This document shows positions 55,876-64,000 of a stretch of 64,000 nt of DNA, in pieces; position 1 is the stretch's first letter, and each line of letters opens with the position of its first letter. This stretch comes from an uncultured Acidobacteriota bacterium. Its GTDB lineage: Bacteria; Acidobacteriota; Thermoanaerobaculia; Gp7-AA8. The translations under genes were made by a program, and so were the position numbers. The DNA lies in contig CAWGHO010000001.1 in the NCBI GenBank assembly GCA_963822445.1, forward strand, positions 1,504,001 to 1,568,000, written 5' to 3'. The notes under the pieces were generated by a model. It ran no database searches, had not been told where the DNA came from, and saw only the letters and a program-made list of their open reading frames with translations.

Positions 55876-56879
55876 AGCGGCTCGCGCTGATCCTGCTCCT
55901 GGCAACACCTACCTTCGCGCAGGTCCTCACCGACACGTCCCGCGGCGTCGTCGTCGCCCATGCCGGCCGCGTGCGGCTCGAAGGGGGATGGGATGTCGAG
56001 GGCGTTCGCGAAGCAACGGAGATCGCTGCGTCGAACGATCGAGTGGTCGTCCTCGATGCCCTGCACGATCAGGCCGTCGTCATCGAGATCGCCAATGGCC
56101 GCACGACGCGCGTCACCACCGGCGCGACGCCGATCGCCGCCGCATTCGTCGGACGCGACCTGTACATCCTCTCCCGCGACGCCCGCCAACTGCGGCGACT
56201 CGGCGGTCCCGCGATCGCGCTCGAGGCCGACCCGGCCTTCCTCGCCGTCGCCAGTCAGAAGCTGTACGTCTACTCGCGCACCACGGGAGTCGTCGAAGAG
56301 ATTCACAACGATCGCGTCACGCGCCGCGTCCGCATCGCGCCATTTGCCTCCGACTTCGAAGCCGACGGCAAGACCGCCTACCTCGCCTATCCGCGCGAAT
56401 CCCGCGTTCGAACGATCGATCTCGCGGCGATGAAACCGGGGGAAGCCATCGACGTCGGCGCGGTTCCGGTCGACATCGCCCTGACCGGTGGCGGCACCGC
56501 GCTCACCGCGCGCGTCCTGGCAGTGGCGGACCCCTCGGCGAAACGGATCTGGCTGACCGAGGGGCGGCAATCGATGACCAAAGCGGTCGCTCGGGGATTT
56601 CTTCGCGGAGTCCTCGGCCTCGGCCTCTACGGCAGCCGTTCGTCGCAGTTCCCGACGGGCGTCGATCGCGTCCTGGCCCGCGGTTCCCGCTGGATCGCCT
56701 ACGACTCCAGCAGCGGCACCCTCTACCGCGTCACCAGGCAGCAGAGCTCGGTCATCGCCAAAGGCATTGCGCCGAAAGGATTTACGCTCACCGCGGGCGG
56801 CGTCGCGTTTTGGCAGAACGGCCGCGTCCAGACCGTCCGGACAAGCGGCACCTCGGTTGCACAAACCAGGCGTCGATGA
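55872..56879 (+). CDS. Exported beta-propeller (YncE-like) protein
   Basis: Signal peptide; repeated beta blades such as TGATPIAA and DVGAVPVDIA. Confidence 0.7.
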   Translation: MKRLALILLLATPTFAQVLTDTSRGVVVAHAGRVRLEGGWDVEGVREATEIAASNDRVVVLDALHDQAVVIEIANGRTTRVTTGATPIAAAFVGRDLYILSRDARQLRRLGGPAIALEADPAFLAVASQKLYVYSRTTGVVEEIHNDRVTRRVRIAPFASDFEADGKTAYLAYPRESRVRTIDLAAMKPGEAIDVGAVPVDIALTGGGTALTARVLAVADPSAKRIWLTEGRQSMTKAVARGFLRGVLGLGLYGSRSSQFPTGVDRVLARGSRWIAYDSSSGTLYRVTRQQSSVIAKGIAPKGFTLTAGGVAFWQNGRVQTVRTSGTSVAQTRRR

Positions 56880-57781
56880 GCGAAAGAAGACCGTGTATCC
56901 GATGCGATCGGGCCATCGACGCCTGGTCGAAGCTCTGCCCCTTCTGCAACTGGGATCAGAACAACCCGAATCTGCCCCGTGAAACCGCCCCGCGTCAGAT
57001 GGCCGCCGAAGGTCCTCCGCCGGACGACCTCAAGGAGCAGATCAAACGCAAAGGCCTCTTTGCCGGGATCGGCGTGCTGATTCTCATTGCCTCGTTTCTC
57101 GTGGGCATGGTCATCAACAGCGACGACACACCGGACGATGCGCCGCTGCCGGTGACCGAGCAGGAGCAGAAAGCCATCCCGCCGGTGAAGCGCGCCGACA
57201 CGCCTCTCGTGCCGACGAATGAGCGCGGCGGAATCGAACAGCCGATTACCAGCGCGCCTGTCGCGTCGGTTCCGACGGGCACGTCCGACGGTTACGACCG
57301 CAGCGATGCGACCGCGGTTTCCTCGGAGGAGTACAACCAGCTCGCCAAGCGCGCGAAGGCGGAGAAAGAGCGGATGTCCGCGCTCGTCGATCCGCGCTCG
57401 CTCAGCGGAGCGGCGTACGCGCAGGGCGGACGTCCGCCCGCGCCGCGCGGACTTCCATCGGATCTGCAGCAAGGGTCACCAGCGGAGCAGCAGGCATCAG
57501 CGGCCGAGCCGCAACGCGCGCGCGCACGACGCTCGGTTCGCACGCGACCGGTTCCCCAATATCAGCCGCTGCCGAACCTTCACGCGTCGGGCACGGCCCG
57601 CCTCACGCTCATCATCGGATCCGATGGCCGCGTGCGCGACGTGAACATCGAGCGCGCGCTCAGCCGCAACACCGCGGACCTCGTTTCGGCGGTGCAGAAG
57701 TGGCGCTTCAAGCCGGCCACGGAAGACGGCGAGCCGATCGCGGCGCCTTACAGCGTTGACATATCATTCGGTGGCCAATGA
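56876..57781 (+). CDS. Zinc-ribbon - TM - TonB C-terminal domain protein
   Basis: CIRC...CPFC, TM, Pro-rich linker, then GTARLTLIIGSDGRV...AVQKWRFKPA.EDGEP. Confidence 0.8.
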   Translation: MSERRPCIRCDRAIDAWSKLCPFCNWDQNNPNLPRETAPRQMAAEGPPPDDLKEQIKRKGLFAGIGVLILIASFLVGMVINSDDTPDDAPLPVTEQEQKAIPPVKRADTPLVPTNERGGIEQPITSAPVASVPTGTSDGYDRSDATAVSSEEYNQLAKRAKAEKERMSALVDPRSLSGAAYAQGGRPPAPRGLPSDLQQGSPAEQQASAAEPQRARARRSVRTRPVPQYQPLPNLHASGTARLTLIIGSDGRVRDVNIERALSRNTADLVSAVQKWRFKPATEDGEPIAAPYSVDISFGGQ

Positions 57782-58269
57782 GTGAAGGCGTTTGCGCTGC
57801 GTGCCGCCGATCGATCGACGCGGCCGCGAAACTCTGCCCCTACTGCGGCGCCAACCCCGCGACCGGCGAGCGCGTCGACACGCAGGCGATCCTCCAGGAG
57901 GTCTTCAGCCCGCGCGAGATGAGCACGTCCGAGAGCGTGATGGAATACGCGCGTCAACGGCAGGGCGTCGTCATCACCGCCTCTGTGATCGTCGCTTTCC
58001 TCGTGCTCGCCGGCATTCATCAATTCGCCTCGATGCGGAACGCGAACGCGGTTACCGATTCGCCCGCGGTTCCGCTAACGGAGATCGCTGACTCGCCCGA
58101 TCAGCAGGTCAGCAAGCCGATCCCCATTCCCGACCTCGACTTTCAGTACGACGGCCGCCCGCAGGTGATGAGGACGTACATCGCCGAGAGAGGTGCCGTC
58201 GCGCCCGCGCCGCCGGCGCCCGCGCAGGCCCAGCCTCCCGCCCCCGCTTCCACACCGCCGTCTCGATGA
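57778..58269 (+). CDS. Zinc-ribbon - TM protein
   Basis: CAAC...CPYC, TM and Pro-rich tail. Confidence 0.75.
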   Translation: MSEGVCAACRRSIDAAAKLCPYCGANPATGERVDTQAILQEVFSPREMSTSESVMEYARQRQGVVITASVIVAFLVLAGIHQFASMRNANAVTDSPAVPLTEIADSPDQQVSKPIPIPDLDFQYDGRPQVMRTYIAERGAVAPAPPAPAQAQPPAPASTPPSR

Positions 58270-58859
58270 GCATCTGGTTCTGGGCCATCCTGATCGCCGT
58301 TGCGCTGATCGGCTGGCTGGCCGCCTACATGCTCGCGCAGAAACCGATCACCAACGCGCAGCAGCTCATTCATCAGCGCCGCTACGAAGACGCGGTGATG
58401 GAGGCACAGCGGACCGGCGATCATCAGCATCGCGCCGAGGCTTTGAAGCTGCTGGGGAAGTTCGACGAGGCCATCGACGCGTATCGCCAATCGAACGATC
58501 CATCCGCCCGCGAAGGCATTGCCCTCTCCCTCGCCCACCTCGGCCGCGATCTCCATGAAGCCCGCAAGCTGATGGAGACGCAGATTGCGCAGTTTCCGCA
58601 GATTCAGGAGTTCCAGTCGCTGGCACTCGCCTGGATCCTGCTGCGCGCCGGCGATCGCGAGGCCGCGTTGCGGCTTTATCGCGACAACGTCGAGCTCCTC
58701 GAGACGCGCTTTCGCGACGACTACACCGATGCCGATCCGCTGCTCAGCGAGACGCTGTTCCTGTTCTCGGAGCTGGCCGAGGCGAATGGCGAGGAGGCTC
58801 GCGCGGATTCGCTGCGGCGTCAGGCGGAGACGTGGGGTTGGCGGGCCGCCAACTTGTGA
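58266..58859 (+). CDS. Membrane-anchored TPR-like protein
   Basis: N-terminal TM; AEALKLLGKFDEAIDAY-type helices. Confidence 0.65.
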   Translation: MSIWFWAILIAVALIGWLAAYMLAQKPITNAQQLIHQRRYEDAVMEAQRTGDHQHRAEALKLLGKFDEAIDAYRQSNDPSAREGIALSLAHLGRDLHEARKLMETQIAQFPQIQEFQSLALAWILLRAGDREAALRLYRDNVELLETRFRDDYTDADPLLSETLFLFSELAEANGEEARADSLRRQAETWGWRAANL

Positions 58860-59836
58860 AACTCCCCCCGAATCCGATGCATCCCGATCGGCGCCGCGCA
58901 GGGATGAACGCGATTGGTGAGCAGCACGAAGATCCGATCCCCATCCACCCACACCGACGTTCCCGTGAAGCCCATGTGTCCCCAGGACGCGGGCGATAAC
59001 TGCGGACCGCCGGTCGCCCAGCTCAAACCGCGATCGGCAATGTGCGCCCGGGTCGCTTCCTTCACCACGTCCGGCGGGACGAGTTCGCCGCGAGCGAACC
59101 CCTGGGCAATGCGAAAGACATCCCGAGCCGTCGCGAACAACCCCGCGTTTCCGAGCGTCCCGCCGGCGTGGAAGGAGTTGCCGTCGTTCGGCTCGCCCCA
59201 CATCAACCCGTCGCGGAACCCGGTGAAAGCGATGGACCGCGTCGCGCACATCCCGTACTCGAACCGCTGGCCCCACTCCGTCGCGGCAATCCGCGGCCGC
59301 AGCCACTCCGGCGGGTTGAACCAGCTGTCGCGGAGGCCGAGGGGGATGAAAATCCGCTCGCGGGCGACGGAGATGTATCCGCCATGCATCTCCACCAGCG
59401 CGTGGTACAGCAGAAAGAAGTTGAGGTCGGAGTAGGCCACGCGCGACCCCCGGGAATGCTCCGGCCCCCGCTCTTCGATCGCTTTCAGGGGATCGTCGAA
59501 CGCGTACAGCGGCAGCCACGGCCGGAGCCCGCTCGAATGCGTGAGCAGCTCGCGAAAGGTGTAGCCGCGATACTCGTCCTCGAGCCGGATCTGCCCTTCG
59601 GCGACGGCCTGGAGGATCAGCGTTCCGGTAATGAGCGGCTTGGTGATGGAGGCGCAGTCGTAAATGGTGTCCGTCGACGCCGGAATGCGCACCGGGACGG
59701 CGACGGCATGTCCGTGGGCGTTTTCGCGTTCAATACCCTCGAACGATCCGATCGCGTAGCTGGCGCTGGGGAAGGACCCGACGTCGATTTCGGATCGAAG
59801 AAAATCATCGAGCTCGGACACCGGTCGATTGTGCAC
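58820..59836 (-). CDS. Serine hydrolase, beta-lactamase family
   Basis: ASITK, LLTHSSGL, YSD, GNAGLF, GHMGFTG and LTNR; start may be GTG 59821. Confidence 0.88.
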   Translation of the reverse strand: MHNRPVSELDDFLRSEIDVGSFPSASYAIGSFEGIERENAHGHAVAVPVRIPASTDTIYDCASITKPLITGTLILQAVAEGQIRLEDEYRGYTFRELLTHSSGLRPWLPLYAFDDPLKAIEERGPEHSRGSRVAYSDLNFFLLYHALVEMHGGYISVARERIFIPLGLRDSWFNPPEWLRPRIAATEWGQRFEYGMCATRSIAFTGFRDGLMWGEPNDGNSFHAGGTLGNAGLFATARDVFRIAQGFARGELVPPDVVKEATRAHIADRGLSWATGGPQLSPASWGHMGFTGTSVWVDGDRIFVLLTNRVHPCAAPIGMHRIRGEFHKLAARQPHVSA

Positions 59837-59905
59837 ACAACCGCGGGCAATTCACCGGTTTTTTCCTGCTAGCATCCGCGCTCAAATCGGACCGCCAGAG
59901 ATCAA

Positions 59906-62900
59906 ATGTTTCGTCTTGATAAGCTCGAAATCCACGGCTTCAAATCCTTTTACGACCCCGCCCGCCTGACCTTTCCGTCCCCGCTGACGGCCGTCGTCGG
60001 CCCGAACGGCTGCGGAAAGTCGAACATCTGCGACGCGCTGATCTGGGTGCTGGGAGAGAACCGCGCCTCCCACATCCGCGGCGAGACGATGGAAGACGTC
60101 ATCTTCCAGGGCTCCGCCCGCCGCCGTCCCCTCTCCATGGGCGAGGTCACCCTGACCCTCGGCACGTACAACGGCGACAGCGACCATCCGATGGCGGATG
60201 ACGGCAAGATCACCATCAACCGCCGGGTCTTCCGCGACGGGCAGTCGGAGTTCCGCCTCAACGGCAAACGGGTCCGGATGAAGGACATCTCCGACATCCT
60301 CATGGACACCGGCCTGGGCATCCGCAACTACTCGGTCATGGAGCAGGGCAAGATCGACCTGATCCTCTCCAACAAGCCGCAGGACCGCCGGAAGCTGATC
60401 GAAGAAGCCGCCGGCATCACCAAGTACAAAACCAAGCGGCGCGCCGCGGAGCTGAAACTCGACGAGACCCAGCAGAACCTGCTCCGCATCGACGACACCC
60501 TCGGCGAAGTCACGCGCAACCTGAATTCGCTCAAGCGCCAGGCCTCGAAAGCGCGCCGCCACAAAGAGCTCGCCGATCAGCTCTCGCTCGCGAAACGCGC
60601 CCTCTACAAAGGCCGCATCGTCCTGGCCCAGCTCGAGGAAGAAGGCGCGAACGCGGCTCTCGCCGACGCGCAGGGTCGCGAGTCCGAGCTCGCCGCGCAG
60701 CTCGGCACGGATGAAGCGGAGCTCGCCGAAACGCGCACGGTCCACACCGATCGCTCGCATCGCGCGTCGAAGGTCCGCGAGGAGATGGCCGGTCTGTCCG
60801 GCGAAGTGGAGCGCCTCCGCTCTTTCATGCAGCAATCCGAAACGAACCTCGGCGACCTCGTTCAGCGCATCGAAAACGGTCGCGCGCAGATCGCGACGTT
60901 CGAGCAGGAAGGCATGGAGCAGCAGGCCGCGCTCGACGAAAAAACGCAGCAGCTCGAGACGGCTCGCGGAGAGCGCAACCGCCTTCGCGACATCGCCGAT
61001 CAGGTCGAGCGCGATCGCCAGGAGCGCGGCGACGCCGTTCGCCAGCATGAGAAGTCGCTCGCGGAATCGCGCGAGTCGCTGATGCGCACGATCGCCAAGA
61101 TTTCCGAGGCTCGGAATCAGGTGCATCAGATCGAGATCGCCGTCGAAAAGTGCGAGTTCTACCTGACCAAGCTCACCGAGGGTGCGCGGCGTGCGGCGGA
61201 GAGCCGCGACGGCGCACTCACGCAGATGTACGAATGGGAACAGGCCGTGCGCGATGCCGAACAGGCGCTCGCGGCGGCACAGCAGCTCGCGCGGGAAACG
61301 CTCGACCACCGCGACGAGCTGACCTCGCGACGCGACGCTTTGCGCGAATCGCTGTCCGCTTCGCGCGATCGCGTGTCGCAGGCGACGTACAAGATCGATT
61401 CACTGCGCACGTTGCTCGTGTCGCTTGAGGCGCAGGACGAAGACGTCCGCCGCGCGATTCTCGAATTGATTCCGAACGCGACGTCCGCCGCGGAGGCCGT
61501 TCGCGCCGCGGAAGGATTCGAAGCCGCGCTGGATACCCTTCTGCGCGACATCTCGAAAGCGGTCGTCGTCGAATCGAGCAACACCGCTGCCGAAGCGATC
61601 CGTCGCTTGCGCGAGCGCGGTGCGGGCCGCGGCGCGTTCGTCACGCTCGACTTCCAGCCGACGGGTGAAGGATCACGCCGCGGCGATGCCGCGCATTCGG
61701 TCATTGGCGAAGGCCAGATCGCCAACGCCGTCCGCCAGGCGATCCCCGAGGCGTACATCGTCGGCTCGCTCGGCGAGGCCGTGCAGCGCTCGAAGGAGCG
61801 GCCGAACGCGACGTTCGTGACGCTCGACGGCGACGTCGTTCGCGGGCCGCTGGTCATCGGCGGCAAGACCGAAGGCGCGACGCCGGGCGTCTTCTCCGTC
61901 AAGCGCGAGATCGCCGATCTCGAATCGCTCCTCGGAACGGAAGAAACAAAAGCCAGCGGCATCGCGCTCGAGTTGCAGGCGCTCGAAGAAGAAGTTCGCA
62001 CCGCCGACGACGCGCGGATCATCGCCGAAGAGCGATCCCGCACCGCGGAACAGGACCTGCGCGATCGCAAGGGTCAGCGCGAGCGGGCCGGCGCGGAGCT
62101 GCAGCGGTTCGAAAAGGACCTGCTCGTCGCGACGGAAGAGCAGACGCTTTATGCAGAGGAGAAGGAGCAGTTGCTGGCGCGGAAGCATGCGGCCATCGGC
62201 GAGCTCGATCAGCTCCAGGCGCGCGAGCAGGAGCTGCACGAGCAGATCCGCTCGCATGAAGAGCAGTTGTCCGTCGCGCGCGTGGCGTTCGAGGAGATCA
62301 CCGAAGTCGCATCGAAGGCGCGCGTCGACGTGGAGACCGCGGCCGGCAACGTGAACGCGATTCAGCGCGAGCACGAGAACCTCTCCCGCATCGTGATCTC
62401 CCTCGGATCCCGCGCGACGCAGCTCACGCAGGAAATCGAGCAGCTGTCGCGGCGGCAGCAGGAGACCGAAGTCGCCGTCGAGAACGCGCGCGGCCAGCTC
62501 GATCAGTCGCTCGGCAAGTTGCATGACCTTTCCGAGATGCGCGTCGCGCTCGAGGCGGAAGTGGCGGACCTCGACGCGAAGGTGCAGGAGCTCGAGTCGC
62601 GCGCGATCAACTCGCGGGAGAGCTGGAACACCGCCAAAGACGCGCTCTTCGAGTCCGAGCGGCGCGTCGATCGCGCCAAATCGGCGTTCGATCTTCTGCG
62701 CGAACAGATTTCACTCGACCTGCACGCGGGCATCGACGCGTTGGCCGAGGTCGAGCCGCCGGCTGATGATGAATCGCGGGCGTCGATCGAGAGCGAAGTC
62801 GCGAAGCTTTCCGATCAGATCGAGAAGATCGGCCCGGTCAACGTGCTGGCCATCGAAGAGCATCAGGAGCTGGAGACGCGCGAGTCTTTCCTGCGCACCC

Positions 62901-63433
62901 AGCGCGACGATCTGGTGCAGTCGATCGAATCACTGCGTCAGACCATCCGCAAGATCAACCTGACGTCCCGCGAGCTGTTCCGCGATGCGTTCACGCACGT
63001 CAACCAGTCCTTCGGCGAGATCTTCACGAACCTCTTCGGCGGCGGCGCCGCGCGCATGCAACTGCTCGATGAAGAGGATGTGCTGGAAAGCGGCATCGAG
63101 CTCGTCGCCCAGCCGCCCGGCAAGAAGAATCAATCCATCGCGCTGCTCTCAGGCGGCGAGCGCGCGCTCACCGCGATCGCGCTGCTCTTCGCAATCTTCA
63201 AGTACAAGCCCAGCCCGTTCTGCATCCTCGACGAGGTCGACGCCCCGCTCGACGAGATCAACACCGAGCGTTTCGTCCGCCTGGTTCGCGATTTCTCGCG
63301 CGACACGCAGTTCATCGTGATTACCCACTCGCGCCGGACCATGGAAGCCGCCGACGTGCTGTACGGCGTGACGATGGAGGAGGCCGGCTGCTCGCGGCTG
63401 GTCAGCGTGAATTTCGCGGAGATGGAGAGCTAG
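59906..63433 (+). CDS. smc: Chromosome segregation protein SMC
   Basis: GFKSF, GPNGCGKSN, coiled coils and hinge, LSGGE and LDEVDAPLD. Confidence 0.97.
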   Translation: MFRLDKLEIHGFKSFYDPARLTFPSPLTAVVGPNGCGKSNICDALIWVLGENRASHIRGETMEDVIFQGSARRRPLSMGEVTLTLGTYNGDSDHPMADDGKITINRRVFRDGQSEFRLNGKRVRMKDISDILMDTGLGIRNYSVMEQGKIDLILSNKPQDRRKLIEEAAGITKYKTKRRAAELKLDETQQNLLRIDDTLGEVTRNLNSLKRQASKARRHKELADQLSLAKRALYKGRIVLAQLEEEGANAALADAQGRESELAAQLGTDEAELAETRTVHTDRSHRASKVREEMAGLSGEVERLRSFMQQSETNLGDLVQRIENGRAQIATFEQEGMEQQAALDEKTQQLETARGERNRLRDIADQVERDRQERGDAVRQHEKSLAESRESLMRTIAKISEARNQVHQIEIAVEKCEFYLTKLTEGARRAAESRDGALTQMYEWEQAVRDAEQALAAAQQLARETLDHRDELTSRRDALRESLSASRDRVSQATYKIDSLRTLLVSLEAQDEDVRRAILELIPNATSAAEAVRAAEGFEAALDTLLRDISKAVVVESSNTAAEAIRRLRERGAGRGAFVTLDFQPTGEGSRRGDAAHSVIGEGQIANAVRQAIPEAYIVGSLGEAVQRSKERPNATFVTLDGDVVRGPLVIGGKTEGATPGVFSVKREIADLESLLGTEETKASGIALELQALEEEVRTADDARIIAEERSRTAEQDLRDRKGQRERAGAELQRFEKDLLVATEEQTLYAEEKEQLLARKHAAIGELDQLQAREQELHEQIRSHEEQLSVARVAFEEITEVASKARVDVETAAGNVNAIQREHENLSRIVISLGSRATQLTQEIEQLSRRQQETEVAVENARGQLDQSLGKLHDLSEMRVALEAEVADLDAKVQELESRAINSRESWNTAKDALFESERRVDRAKSAFDLLREQISLDLHAGIDALAEVEPPADDESRASIESEVAKLSDQIEKIGPVNVLAIEEHQELETRESFLRTQRDDLVQSIESLRQTIRKINLTSRELFRDAFTHVNQSFGEIFTNLFGGGAARMQLLDEEDVLESGIELVAQPPGKKNQSIALLSGGERALTAIALLFAIFKYKPSPFCILDEVDAPLDEINTERFVRLVRDFSRDTQFIVITHSRRTMEAADVLYGVTMEEAGCSRLVSVNFAEMES

Positions 63434-63925
63434 TCAGTCGATCCAGAGCGCGCCGAGATTGATGTCGCAGGCTTCGAAGGGCTCGGCTCGGAACGGTTCT
63501 TCAAATGCGCCCCAGCTGGCGTACACCCAGCCGTCATCGGCGCGCCTGTAGCCCTCGAGCATTCGCATCGCCGGATCGAGTAACCAGCGATGCGTCACTC
63601 CGTGCTGCGCGTAGAGGCGGTGCTTTCGATATCGCGCCAGCGGGATATTGACCGTGTCACACACCCAGTCGGGCGTAGCAGTCGCACGTTCACTCCAACC
63701 GGCGAGCGACGGCAAAAGGACATCGTTCCCGAAACGGAGTAACGGCTGCAGCTCAAAACGCCATCCGGGCGCCGCTACGCTCAGGTGACGAACAAGCGCA
63801 TCGCACGACCGCATCGGCGGGCGCGGGGAGATGAACAACTCACCGTCGATGATCTCCGCCACCAGATGCTCGGGCACCTTTAGCAGGTCCTCGTACGTCG
63901 CCGGCTGCCGCATGACCTCAGTCAT
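63434..63925 (-). CDS. Uma2-family protein, degenerate nuclease motif
   Basis: ATYEDL..VPEHLVAEIIDGEL..SPRP, YAQHGV..WLLDP and RAEPFEA. Confidence 0.75.
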   Translation of the reverse strand: MTEVMRQPATYEDLLKVPEHLVAEIIDGELFISPRPPMRSCDALVRHLSVAAPGWRFELQPLLRFGNDVLLPSLAGWSERATATPDWVCDTVNIPLARYRKHRLYAQHGVTHRWLLDPAMRMLEGYRRADDGWVYASWGAFEEPFRAEPFEACDINLGALWID

Positions 63926-63944
63926 GGGCAAATCATACGCCCCC

Positions 63945-63981
63945 AAAAGAAAAGGACAGGCGCGTCAGCAGCCTGTCCTTT
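63945..63981 (-). terminator. Intrinsic terminator
   Basis: The minus strand reads AAAGGACAGGC-loop-GCCTGTCCTTT followed by TCTTTT. Confidence 0.7.
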
Positions 63982-64000
63982 CCTCCCCTTGATGCGCCGC

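Noticed and set aside
2156-62524. Numerous long antisense or alternate-frame ORFs (e.g. 2156-3508, 24236-26026, 37277-38920, 59882-61309)
   Set aside because: They are Arg/Ala/Gly-rich shadows of real genes, expected in high-GC DNA, with no family motifs.

Overview
A high-GC, gene-dense stretch of core bacterial chromosome. The gene repertoire (Acidobacteria-style VWA and Ser/Thr-kinase-TPR proteins, LptD, MglA-like GTPase, DivIVA/YggT/YggS, SMC) suggests a diderm Acidobacteriota-like organism; this is an inference. Housekeeping genes include ileS, queG, ribF, lptD, smc, hutI, lat, tatD, an RNase HI, two thiolases, amrS and amrA, and a tRNA with a CAT anticodon (probably Ile2). I found no CRISPR array, integrase or transposase. 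At least nine genes, including the normally essential ileS, are broken by frameshifts. Those I traced are single extra bases, so they look like long-read assembly errors. The most interesting items are: (1) a sigma54-type enhancer-binding protein with an atypical GVATGV loop, followed by candidate enhancer sites, a -24/-12 promoter, a 56-aa membrane peptide missing from the ORF track, an RsbW/RsbV/RsbU-like partner switch whose phosphatase shares a coiled-coil/GAF segment with the activator, and an exported metal-motif protein; (2) an envelope operon with paired zinc-ribbon-TM proteins, one carrying a TonB-C domain; (3) an orphan Hcp in an amrS/Rieske operon; (4) recurrent overlapping bidirectional -10 cores (AnnnTAnnnT) in front of probably leaderless divergent genes; (5) several REP-like palindromes, one lying in frame inside a gene; (6) an RNase HI with a CTG start.
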